DNA of 64,000 nt from positions 10,712-74,711 of the forward strand of contig MGFG01000020.1 of NCBI GenBank assembly GCA_001791745.1, written 5' to 3'. Below, in pieces: positions 56,302 through 64,000 of the stretch. The notes under the pieces are model-generated. The model had not been told where the DNA came from, did no database searches, and was given only the letters and a program-made list of their open reading frames with translations. A program made the translations under genes and the position numbers. This DNA comes from Candidatus Uhrbacteria bacterium RIFOXYC2_FULL_47_19 (lineage in GTDB: Bacteria; Patescibacteriota; Patescibacteriia; SG8-24). Each line of letters begins with the position of its first letter. The first letter of the stretch is position 1.

Positions 56302-59300
56302 TTGGCCTTGCGGTTTATGAACAGAAAACCTTTTGAGAGTGGTGGACGTGGTGAGCAAGAAAGAGAGCATATTGATTTTTCTTTGCAAGCGGAAGAAAAG
56401 AATCTTACTCCTTTGCAGTTGATGGTTTTGGAGGAAGTAAAGTTTGTTCTTGGTAATTGGGGTGAAGCGGAAAGAATTGATAATGAAGCCATCAATGGAG
56501 ACGAGGTGTTTCGTGTTTTTGATATTGAGAAATTAACTAGTGCGATTGATGAGGCTAAACACAGGTTTGACGTTAACAATATTCCAGAAGCTTTCGTCAA
56601 TAGGTGTATTAAAGAGATAGTTGAGAATCTCATTGATTGGCATGAGTATAGGGCATCATTTCTTTTGTCTAAAGAATTTTCTCTGACTTCTCAGGACTTT
56701 GGTTCAGATATTTTTTTTGAAAGTTTAGTCGATCAGGCTCATGAATTTATTTTGTCTTCTCTAGAAGAAGGTAGGTTGAATGAAGCCTTGAATGTAATAG
56801 AAGGTCTTGATTCATCAGATGACATCATCAAGACGCGTGAATTTGAGCTTTCCTTATGGAAAGGAATAGAAATTGAATTGTGTGTAGGGGATATTGATTC
56901 TGTACTACAGGTCGTTGATAAGTTAGGGATCAGAGAGGCTTTATCAGCCTCGGAGGATGCAAAAAGATGGGCAATGTGGGGGGTAGAGTATTTGCATGAA
57001 AATTTTGGATTATCGGAGGAAAAAATCTTGAAGATAGCAAATACTTTCAATATAAGAAATGAGATAGCAGTAAGAATTATATCTTTGGAATTGTTTCAGG
57101 ATGATTTTTTGCGCGATGTTGAGTCTTTTTTAATCTCGGTTGATTTTTTAGGGGTAGATTCTGAAGTTATTAAGTCATCCAAAGAGGTACGACAAGAGGC
57201 TTTAGCAAAAGCCTTACTGATTTTTACGAAAAATGATGAAGATAATAATGCAACCAAAAGAAAAGCTTTGGCTACGATTGACTATCTGGGAATAGATGAA
57301 CAGGAAAAGAAGAATTTCTTATCTAAACTGGTCGAATCTGGTGATCTCGATATAGCAAGGCAAGCCTACAATGATTTTGGTCTCAAATGGGATGACCTAA
57401 CTAAGAGCAAAGAGCTTCAAGAATTAGGCTGGTCAGGTGTGCTTTCTAATTTGAGTTTCACTAGATTCTCTGACTCACTAATGATGGCCGACGAGTTTTC
57501 TCTTCGTGAGCGTCTCCTCAGCTCACCGGAAGCTAGACAGAGCGCACTAATGGGTATGGTAAATGCTTTTTTAAATCGGGGTGAGTCAGTCGGCATAGAA
57601 TTCATTCATAAGTTCGCAGATCTTATCGGTGTAGAATGGAAGACCTTTGCTTCATCTGAAGATGTACAGAACGCAGCTTGGGATGGAATGATGTGTTGTT
57701 TGAGACAACATTATCAGGATTCAATATTAACCATCGCCGACGAGTTTTCTCTTGGTGAGCGTCTCCTCAGCTCACCAGAAGCTAGACAGAGCGTGTTAGT
57801 TGGTATGGAAAATCATTTTTATTGGCAAGGATCTGTATCAAACGGCATAGAATTCATTCATAAGTTCGCAGATCTTATCGGTGTAGAATGGAAGACCTTT
57901 GCTTCATCTGAAGATGTACAGAACGCAGCTTGGGATGGGATGATGCAAAACTTAAAACATTTGGCTAATGATTTAAAGTCAATATTAACCATCGCTGACG
58001 AGTTTTCTCTTCGTGAGCGTCTCCTCAGCTCACCGGAAGCTAGACAGAACGCATTGAATAAAGCTTTTTTGTGTCTTCGTAGTTTTTCTTACAAAAAGTG
58101 TCTTGATATAGTGAATTTTTTTGAATTAGGTCAGGAGGTAGTTTCTACAAAAGGGGGTGAGGATTTAGTATTAGAGGTTTTTTTCTACATCTTGAGAGCT
58201 GATGATGTTTCTAAAGCCTCCAGTTTTATTAGCAGTTTTAAACCCCTCGCTAGTCGAAGTAAGAGGTTTTTACGAATTTTTGGCAATTTAGGACTTCAAA
58301 TCCATTGGAATATTTTGCAGGATATTTATGACGGTGTAATTTCGTCCGACGTTGCTGAGTTGGGTGTAAGTAGAGTTGGAGAATCCGGCGTTCTTGAATT
58401 AGAAGATTCTTTTCGTAGAGAAAAACATAATTTTTTAAAAAAAGATATTTCATCTGATGAAAGACTTAAGGTTTTGATCAAAAATCCAATTTTTAGAATT
58501 TTTTTACAGTCGTTAACTAGATTTAACGATTCTGAATACGGCAGACATGATGACGTGATTTGGGATAGTATGGTGGACGATTTTAATAGGAGGCTTCACG
58601 CCGGACAATTGAAACCCCTTCCTGTAGAGTATGTCCCTAGCGGGAAATTAGAGATTAAAAAGATAGGTCGATCACAAGAGTCCAACAAAGAGAAAAAGTT
58701 TGTGCATGATAAAAATTTTCTTAAACGTTACGGCCAGCTGGTCCATGAAATACAAGAAGCACAGGCAAAGATGAAAGAAAAATTCTTTGGTGGACTCACT
58801 GTTGATTTTCTTAGGGGGTTAACTGAGATTATCGAAAATAAGCTTGTTGACTTAGAGAAGGTAGAGGATGGTTTAGTTGCCCAAGGCGATTTGGAACGGC
58901 CAGTATTGGTTGATGTCGGTAGTAAGATCATCTTCCTTAGAGATATCTCTGAGGCCTTACATGAGATATTGCGTACACCGGAAATGGATTTAAAAGGTGA
59001 CTTTATCGGTCGTATAGCAAATGATTTGCGAAAATCCATATGTCAAGAGTCCTCTAAATTAGAGGGTGAAAAAGAAGCTTGGAAGATAAAATTAGATTCG
59101 GACGATCGAATGGTAAACGAAAAGGCCAGTTTTGTTCTTAAGAATATTGAAAAAAAAATAGGAGATTTGAATCGACTTACATCCCTGCTCAACAATGATC
59201 GGCCTAATTTTGATGAATTAATTTCTCGTTTTGTTGGTTTTGACACATCTATAAAGAGTTTACGTCAAGGTTTAATATTTCTGTCATTTTTAATGAACCC

Positions 59301-60078
59301 ACGTTTATTAGAAAATGATTATTCCAATTTGGCGGAAGGTATAGATAGGCAGGACGTATCAGAGGATGAAATATCTAAAGTCATAAATTTTATCGATCAG
59401 GTAACCAATCGTGAAACCTTCGGTGTATTTTTGGACGATAAAGAAAAATGCAAGATTCTTGATTCACTACTCTCAGTTTCTAGTTTAAAACAGGAAATCA
59501 ATCGGTTGCAGGAGGCCAAGTCTCCAACAGGTAAGACTACATCTGTAGCTTTTATCCCATCTCGCGACCTTAAGACGGAAATTTCAGGGCATATGGCCGA
59601 TGCTTGTTGGGCTAATAAAGAAAAATCTATTCTTCAGTCTCATCCTAATTTTATTTCAGTGACTTTTGTTGGTAATCCAGAAAGTGAGGTTAATGAACGT
59701 GTGGTTGGAGCCTGCATACTCATTGAAACCAAGACTAGAGATAATGCCCCTATTATAGTTATTAGAGGATTTAATCCTATTGAAAATTTTACAAATTCAG
59801 TTGATCAGGAGTCTTTTTTCAGTCAATTTGTCAATTGGGTTAGGCCGATAGCTAAGTTGCGTGGATGTAAATTAGCGATGGTTATAGACGGAGAACGTGG
59901 CCTCGCGGCCAGTAATCGACAGGTTACTTATGATTATCTTGCTAGTCTCAGATCATCTTTGGAGAAAGTAACCTTGGCATCGAGCGTAGACACTAGTTTT
60001 AATGGATATTATATTGTCGACGATACCTACTTGATTCCTGATGATCTGTTTCAAGCAAAAAACCATCAAAAAAGTTAA
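56302..60078 (+). CDS. Large hypothetical protein (1,258 aa) containing about 2.3 near-identical 85-aa tandem repeats
   Basis: A long alpha-helical-looking ORF. The LTIADEFSLRERLLSSPEARQSAL...GIEFIHKFADLIGVEWKTFASSEDVQNAAWDGMM repeats are very similar at the DNA level. Confidence 0.65.
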   Translation: MALRFMNRKPFESGGRGEQEREHIDFSLQAEEKNLTPLQLMVLEEVKFVLGNWGEAERIDNEAINGDEVFRVFDIEKLTSAIDEAKHRFDVNNIPEAFVNRCIKEIVENLIDWHEYRASFLLSKEFSLTSQDFGSDIFFESLVDQAHEFILSSLEEGRLNEALNVIEGLDSSDDIIKTREFELSLWKGIEIELCVGDIDSVLQVVDKLGIREALSASEDAKRWAMWGVEYLHENFGLSEEKILKIANTFNIRNEIAVRIISLELFQDDFLRDVESFLISVDFLGVDSEVIKSSKEVRQEALAKALLIFTKNDEDNNATKRKALATIDYLGIDEQEKKNFLSKLVESGDLDIARQAYNDFGLKWDDLTKSKELQELGWSGVLSNLSFTRFSDSLMMADEFSLRERLLSSPEARQSALMGMVNAFLNRGESVGIEFIHKFADLIGVEWKTFASSEDVQNAAWDGMMCCLRQHYQDSILTIADEFSLGERLLSSPEARQSVLVGMENHFYWQGSVSNGIEFIHKFADLIGVEWKTFASSEDVQNAAWDGMMQNLKHLANDLKSILTIADEFSLRERLLSSPEARQNALNKAFLCLRSFSYKKCLDIVNFFELGQEVVSTKGGEDLVLEVFFYILRADDVSKASSFISSFKPLASRSKRFLRIFGNLGLQIHWNILQDIYDGVISSDVAELGVSRVGESGVLELEDSFRREKHNFLKKDISSDERLKVLIKNPIFRIFLQSLTRFNDSEYGRHDDVIWDSMVDDFNRRLHAGQLKPLPVEYVPSGKLEIKKIGRSQESNKEKKFVHDKNFLKRYGQLVHEIQEAQAKMKEKFFGGLTVDFLRGLTEIIENKLVDLEKVEDGLVAQGDLERPVLVDVGSKIIFLRDISEALHEILRTPEMDLKGDFIGRIANDLRKSICQESSKLEGEKEAWKIKLDSDDRMVNEKASFVLKNIEKKIGDLNRLTSLLNNDRPNFDELISRFVGFDTSIKSLRQGLIFLSFLMNPRLLENDYSNLAEGIDRQDVSEDEISKVINFIDQVTNRETFGVFLDDKEKCKILDSLLSVSSLKQEINRLQEAKSPTGKTTSVAFIPSRDLKTEISGHMADACWANKEKSILQSHPNFISVTFVGNPESEVNERVVGACILIETKTRDNAPIIVIRGFNPIENFTNSVDQESFFSQFVNWVRPIAKLRGCKLAMVIDGERGLAASNRQVTYDYLASLRSSLEKVTLASSVDTSFNGYYIVDDTYLIPDDLFQAKNHQKS
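57481..58080 (+). repeat. Tandem direct repeat (period about 255 bp, about 2.3 copies) inside the 1,258-aa gene
   Basis: Stretches longer than 90 nt are identical between copies (gcatagaattcattcataagttcgcagatcttatcggtgtagaatggaagacctttgcttcatctgaagatgtacagaacgcagcttgggatgg). Confidence 0.8.
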
Positions 60079-60090
60079 AAAAGTCGTGAC

Positions 60091-60501
60091 ATGAAAATTA
60101 GTCAATATTTAGATGAATATTCGTCTGGTGAGCGGGTTAAATTGCATTACGTATTTGATGAAGTACGTGAATTACTAATTGAGGTGATTAGATTTAATCC
60201 TGATGGCGTAAATGAGGAATTCGAAGATGTATTATTTTTTGTCCAATTATGGTTGTTTTGGCGGTTTGGGATTGATGGTGAGACTTGGCGATTAACCAAG
60301 CATTCCGTTGAAAAATTTATGACCCGTCGTCCTATTTGGCGTCGTTTGTATCGAGAGGTGGGTCTACCAGAAACCATTTCTAATTTTTGTGGTAATTGCA
60401 ACAAAGTTGAGAAGGTGATCAAGCAGTTAAGCCTCTTTGGCATCGATCGCAAAATGGCTATAGCTGCCCATCGAAAAATCATCTTAGGAGATAGATCATG
60501 A
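60091..60501 (+). CDS. MazG-like all-alpha nucleoside triphosphate pyrophosphohydrolase (putative)
   Basis: LHYVFDEVRELLIEV...EEFEDVLFFVQLWLFWRFGID resembles the MazG/HisE EExxE...E-ADVL...GID pattern. The stop overlaps the next start (ATGA). Confidence 0.5.
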   Translation: MKISQYLDEYSSGERVKLHYVFDEVRELLIEVIRFNPDGVNEEFEDVLFFVQLWLFWRFGIDGETWRLTKHSVEKFMTRRPIWRRLYREVGLPETISNFCGNCNKVEKVIKQLSLFGIDRKMAIAAHRKIILGDRS

Positions 60502-61043
60502 AGATTGATACAAAGACAGAAGTAGTTTCGTCCGAAGGAGGTTGTACTTCAAAAGAGGCCTCTATGGTAGTTCATTGGATAGAGGAGGCAGCTGCGGTCG
60601 CTCGGCAGGCTACCTGCCGGCGGGTTTTGTGCGGGGCGATTATTGTGAGCGGTGAGGAAGTGATCGGTCAGGGATTCAACTTGCCACCCGGCAACGACGA
60701 GCAGGAACGACGTTGTCACCGGCATAAGTCATCCTACGATCTAAAGATCACAGACAAGACTTGCTGCGTACACGCCGAGTAACGGGCGGTAATGGACGCA
60801 CTGGCTCGACATCCAGATCGACTGGCTGGTTCAACTATGTATTTTGTTGGTTTGCTGCCTGATGGTAGTCCACGCTCGCAGGGTGGTGAGATCCGTCTCT
60901 ACTGTACGATCTGCACCAAGATGATGCGTGATGTAGGTATCGCCAAGTACGTACTGCAAACTCCGGACGGATCGTCAGTCTCCTATTCGGCGGATGAGTA
61001 TCTGCGTCTATCTTATGAATACAGTCATCAATTTACTAACTAA
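60498..61043 (+). pseudogene. dCMP/cytidine deaminase-fold gene (ComEB-like) interrupted by an in-frame TAA
   Basis: CRRVLCGAIIVSGEEVIGQGFN...C-x-x-x-x-C...CCVHAE is followed by TAA at 60780-60782. The same frame continues RAVMDALARHPDRLAGSTMYFVGLLPDG...LYCTICTKMM (a C-x-x-C Zn ligand). The stop falls at the residue after the HAE motif. Confidence 0.6.
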
Positions 61044-61054
61044 TCTCATTTGGT

Positions 61055-61471
61055 ATGCGAATTGGGGTGGTTGGCAGCATGCATTTTACAGAGACGATGT
61101 TGGAGATGCGGGATAGACTGATCGATCTCGGTCATGATGCTTATTTGACCGGGTTGGCCGCACCGTTTATTGGTAAGTCAGACAAGGAAAAAGAAAAGAT
61201 TAAGATTGAACAAAAGACACATCAAGACGCGATTCGTGATTTTTGGAGATTGATGCAAGGAGGAGATGCAATTTTAGTCGTTAATCCCGATCGTCATGGT
61301 ATTGTTAACTATATAGGAGGAAATACTTTTTTGGAGATGGGGTTTGCTCACGTTTTAGATCAGAAGATATTTTTACTTAATCCAATTCCCGACATACCGT
61401 TTTATCGTACTGAAATTGAGGCTTTTCAACCGATTATTCTAAATGGCGACCTGGATCGTCTAATCGTATAA
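61055..61471 (+). CDS. Nucleoside 2-deoxyribosyltransferase / DNPH1(Rcl)-like protein (putative)
   Basis: IGVVGSMHF...GGDAILVVNPDRHGIVNYIGGNTFLEMGFAHVLDQKIFLLNP matches the ADAVVA...G-x-x-TAFE-x-GYA...KPV pattern of the NDT/DNPH1 fold. Confidence 0.5.
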   Translation: MRIGVVGSMHFTETMLEMRDRLIDLGHDAYLTGLAAPFIGKSDKEKEKIKIEQKTHQDAIRDFWRLMQGGDAILVVNPDRHGIVNYIGGNTFLEMGFAHVLDQKIFLLNPIPDIPFYRTEIEAFQPIILNGDLDRLIV

Positions 61472-61561
61472 AAAATTTATTGCAATTAATTTATCGTTGG
61501 GGATGACATCGATCTTCGGAGCTGATAGCATACAAGACATCTTCAACTAAACCCGACCATC

Positions 61562-62005
61562 ATGTGGGACATCAATGAGATACATCGTCGTCTTAAAGAA
61601 AAGAAAAAAGAACGTCGTGATTTAAATCGTGTCGTCAAGGATGAGTTGTCCCAGAACGCCGAGTATCAGCAAGTTATTGAAGAATTGAAAACGCTCAAAG
61701 AGCGTAAGAAATCGATTGAGGGGACGATTAAGATGTCCTGCTCATCTGAGGTCGACCGCATGGACGTACTGAAAGACGAAATTGCTGCCGATACCGAATT
61801 ACTTTCCGATTTAGCACTCAATATGTACGTTGAAGGCAAGACTGTTGAAATTGTCGAGGATGAAACGCGTTATGTACCGCAGTTTACTGTTCGGTTCAAA
61901 AAAGACGACACACCGGTTTCCGCAGCCATGGCCGAAGCAGCTGCAGCAGCACGAGCCGAGTCGCACCAGGAACGTACTTTCGCTCCATTCGTCCAGCCGG
62001 TTTGA
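61562..62005 (+). CDS. Hypothetical coiled-coil protein
   Basis: A 147-aa charged helical ORF with an Ala-rich C-terminus. Confidence 0.45.
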   Translation: MWDINEIHRRLKEKKKERRDLNRVVKDELSQNAEYQQVIEELKTLKERKKSIEGTIKMSCSSEVDRMDVLKDEIAADTELLSDLALNMYVEGKTVEIVEDETRYVPQFTVRFKKDDTPVSAAMAEAAAAARAESHQERTFAPFVQPV

Positions 62006-62030
62006 ATAAAATAATCAATATATAAAGACC

Positions 62031-62064
62031 AAGGTGGATTTACGGATTCACCTTTCTGTTTTTT
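62031..62064 (+). terminator. Rho-independent terminator
   Basis: AAGGTG-gatttacggatt-CACCTT is followed by TCTGTTTTTT. Confidence 0.55.
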
Positions 62065-62216
62065 ATCGATTTGTATTTAAGTGAGCGGTATTAACCACAT
62101 TGGCTGTTCTAGTTGCCAAAATAAGCATATTTAATTAGGATGATGGGCAGTTGTGAATAATCTGATGCGGACAGATCAATCTGTTACGCTCGTTTTTTCC
62201 GAGTCTTTACTCGAGT

Positions 62217-64000
62217 ATGAGCATGAAACCTTTTCTTAATGGCTTACGCCGTACATCTCATGGGTTCTGGAATGCCCTACTATCGCTCTTGCTTCCAACT
62301 ACACCTCGTGGTCGGATTAGACGAGCGGTGTTTTTCATTGTTTTATTACTAGTCTTCTCCAGTGCGTTGAGCTATCCAAAGTGGTGGAATTCGTCGGTTG
62401 ACCGAATCAATGGTTGGTCCGAGAGCACTCTTGGATTGGATCTACACCTTCCTCAGTTTTGGGAATTGCCATTTGTTCTTGGTTTGGATCTGCAAGGTGG
62501 AACACATTTGGTCTACGTTGCCGACATGGCTAACATTCCTGATTCAGAGCAGGATACGTCGATCGCTGGTGTACGAGATGTCATTGAGCGACGGGTCAAT
62601 TCTTTTGGTGTTTCGGAACCGTTAGTCCAGACTAATAAATCCGGTAATGAGTGGCGGTTGATTGTTGATTTGGCCGGTGTATCGGACATTTCTGAGGCTA
62701 TTAAACTGATTGGAGAAACTCCAATTCTTGAGTTTAAAGAACAGAACAATGAGCCACCGCGAGCGTTGACTGCTGAAGAACAAGCTGATTTGGAAGCAAG
62801 TAACACGGCTGCAAAATCTAAGGCCGATGATCTGTTAGCACGGGCGTTAGCCGGAGGAGATTTTGCTACCTTGGCTACTGAGAATTCAGACGATTTATCT
62901 ACTAGGGGTGTTGGCGGCAATCTTGACTTTCAATCTAAGTCGGGTCCGTACTCTGAGTTAATCGATCAATTATTGAGTGGTGACATGTCTGAGGGGCAGG
63001 TGGTTCCTCGGTTACTAGAAGATTATCGTGGTTACCATATTGTTCGTTACGAGGAACAGCGAGAGTCTGGCCAGGAGATGAAAGCTTCACATGTTTTGAT
63101 TTGCTATGCCGGGGCTGCACAATGTGAATCCGAACGTAGTAAGGATGAGGCTTTGAGTTTAGCTCGGGAGTTGGCTGGACAGGCCACACCAGAAAACTTT
63201 GCTCAATTGGCTCAGGACAATTCTTCCGATGTTGGCACTGCTGAGAATGGTGGTGATCTAGGTTGGTTCCAGCCAGGAATCATGGTTAAGCCTTTCGAAG
63301 ACGCGACACAGGCTCTGGAGGTTGGGAGTATTACAACTGAACCAGTTGAAACTGACTTTGGTTTTCATGTTATCTATAAGACTGATGCTCGACCGATTAG
63401 TGAATATCGTCTGAGTCACATTCAGATCAACAAGAAGACTGCAGCAGATTATGTACCGCCGGCTGATCAGTGGAAGAACACTCAGCTTTCTGGTAAACAG
63501 CTCAAACGTTCAGTAGTGCAGTTTCATCCGCAGACTAATGAACCACAGGTTGCTCTGGAATTTGATTCCGAAGGCAAGGATTTGTTTGCGGATATTACCG
63601 GACGAAATGTTGGTCAGCCAGTAGCCATCTTCCTTGATGGAGAGGCTATTAGTATCCCGACCGTCAATGAGGTCATTTCTGGTGGTGAAGCGGTTATTAG
63701 TGGTAATTTCTCTATTCAAGAAGCCAAGTTGCTGGCTCAACGATTAAATGCTGGTGCGTTACCAGTACCAATTCATCTTGAAACACAGCAGTCGGTTGGT
63801 GCCACTCTAGGTAATGATTCACTTTATTCGTCACTTCGGGCTGGATTGATTGGCTTTTTAGTAGTAGTGCTGTTCATGTTACTGTACTACCGTTTGCCTG
63901 GACTAATTGCGGTTGTGGCTTTGTGCATTTACACAGCTGTCAACTTAGCTATCTATAAGTTGATTCCAGTTACTTTAACCTTATCGGGTATCGCTGGGTT
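62217..64000 (+). CDS. secD: Protein translocase subunit SecD with inserted tandem parvulin-like (PpiC) domains; 3'-partial at the window end
   Basis: No stop occurs in frame 0 from ATG 62217 to the window end; I translated this by eye. An N-terminal TM helix is followed by LGLDLQGGTHLVYVAD (SecD P1 head). A degenerate parvulin-like domain and a canonical one follow (ASHVLICYAG...GGDLGWFQPGIMVKPFEDA...FGFHVIYK). Then comes the SecD core: QPVAIFLDGEAISIPTVNEVISGGEAVISGNFSIQEAKLLAQRLNAGALP. This gene is not in the supplied ORF track. Confidence 0.8.
   Translation, partial: MSMKPFLNGLRRTSHGFWNALLSLLLPTTPRGRIRRAVFFIVLLLVFSSALSYPKWWNSSVDRINGWSESTLGLDLHLPQFWELPFVLGLDLQGGTHLVYVADMANIPDSEQDTSIAGVRDVIERRVNSFGVSEPLVQTNKSGNEWRLIVDLAGVSDISEAIKLIGETPILEFKEQNNEPPRALTAEEQADLEASNTAAKSKADDLLARALAGGDFATLATENSDDLSTRGVGGNLDFQSKSGPYSELIDQLLSGDMSEGQVVPRLLEDYRGYHIVRYEEQRESGQEMKASHVLICYAGAAQCESERSKDEALSLARELAGQATPENFAQLAQDNSSDVGTAENGGDLGWFQPGIMVKPFEDATQALEVGSITTEPVETDFGFHVIYKTDARPISEYRLSHIQINKKTAADYVPPADQWKNTQLSGKQLKRSVVQFHPQTNEPQVALEFDSEGKDLFADITGRNVGQPVAIFLDGEAISIPTVNEVISGGEAVISGNFSIQEAKLLAQRLNAGALPVPIHLETQQSVGATLGNDSLYSSLRAGLIGFLVVVLFMLLYYRLPGLIAVVALCIYTAVNLAIYKLIPVTLTLSGIAG

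Noticed and set aside
60498-61043. Treating 60498..60782 and 60792..61043 as two independent genes
   Set aside because: Both are in the same frame, separated by one TAA and three codons. Together they reconstitute one deaminase fold (the HAE motif, then PC/YC-x-x-C), so I call it a single interrupted gene.

Overview
This 64-kb window holds about 48 protein-coding genes, and the baseline GC content appears to be in the mid-40s %. I recognised no rRNA or tRNA gene and no CRISPR array.

Recognisable housekeeping genes are typA, era, folD, glyA, dnaB, recR, ybaB, rplU, murC, murB, hpf, secA, a partial secD, queH, an Elp3-like enzyme, a LOG-family protein, an RlmD-like methyltransferase, a WecA-like GT4 transferase and an ABC-F ATPase. 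They are interleaved with many hypothetical, secreted and membrane proteins, including a 2,846-aa surface protein. This pattern fits a small-genome bacterium, possibly CPR/Patescibacteria-like; that is an inference from gene content only.

The most notable observations are:
1. At the 5' end, a GIY-YIG gene is followed by a 1.2-kb island of roughly 65-70% GC. The island is bracketed by two homologous RNA-like modules of about 95 nt that show compensatory hairpin changes. I consider this the best candidate for something undescribed.
2. Two intergenic spacers (32.0-32.8 kb and 34.6-35.4 kb) are packed with CCCGGG-type palindromic repeats (REP/MITE-like). The second also contains a segment of about 280 nt and roughly 70% GC that is strongly self-complementary.
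3. A surface-protein cluster comprises a secreted beta-helix protein, a bactofilin-like membrane protein and the giant 2,846-aa protein. Two of these share a repeat module of about 40 aa.
4. A membrane-anchored AAA+ ATPase that has only the ClpB-type NBD1 is translationally coupled to a 695-aa polytopic membrane protein.
5. Between secA and secD lies a block of unknown genes. It includes a 1,258-aa protein with near-identical tandem repeats and an operon of a MazG-like gene, a dCMP-deaminase interrupted by an in-frame TAA, and a nucleoside-2-deoxyribosyltransferase/DNPH1-like gene.
6. SecD carries tandem parvulin-like domains. The supplied ORF track omits this gene because it runs off the window end.

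No database search or folding program could be run, so all functional calls rest on motif recognition by eye.
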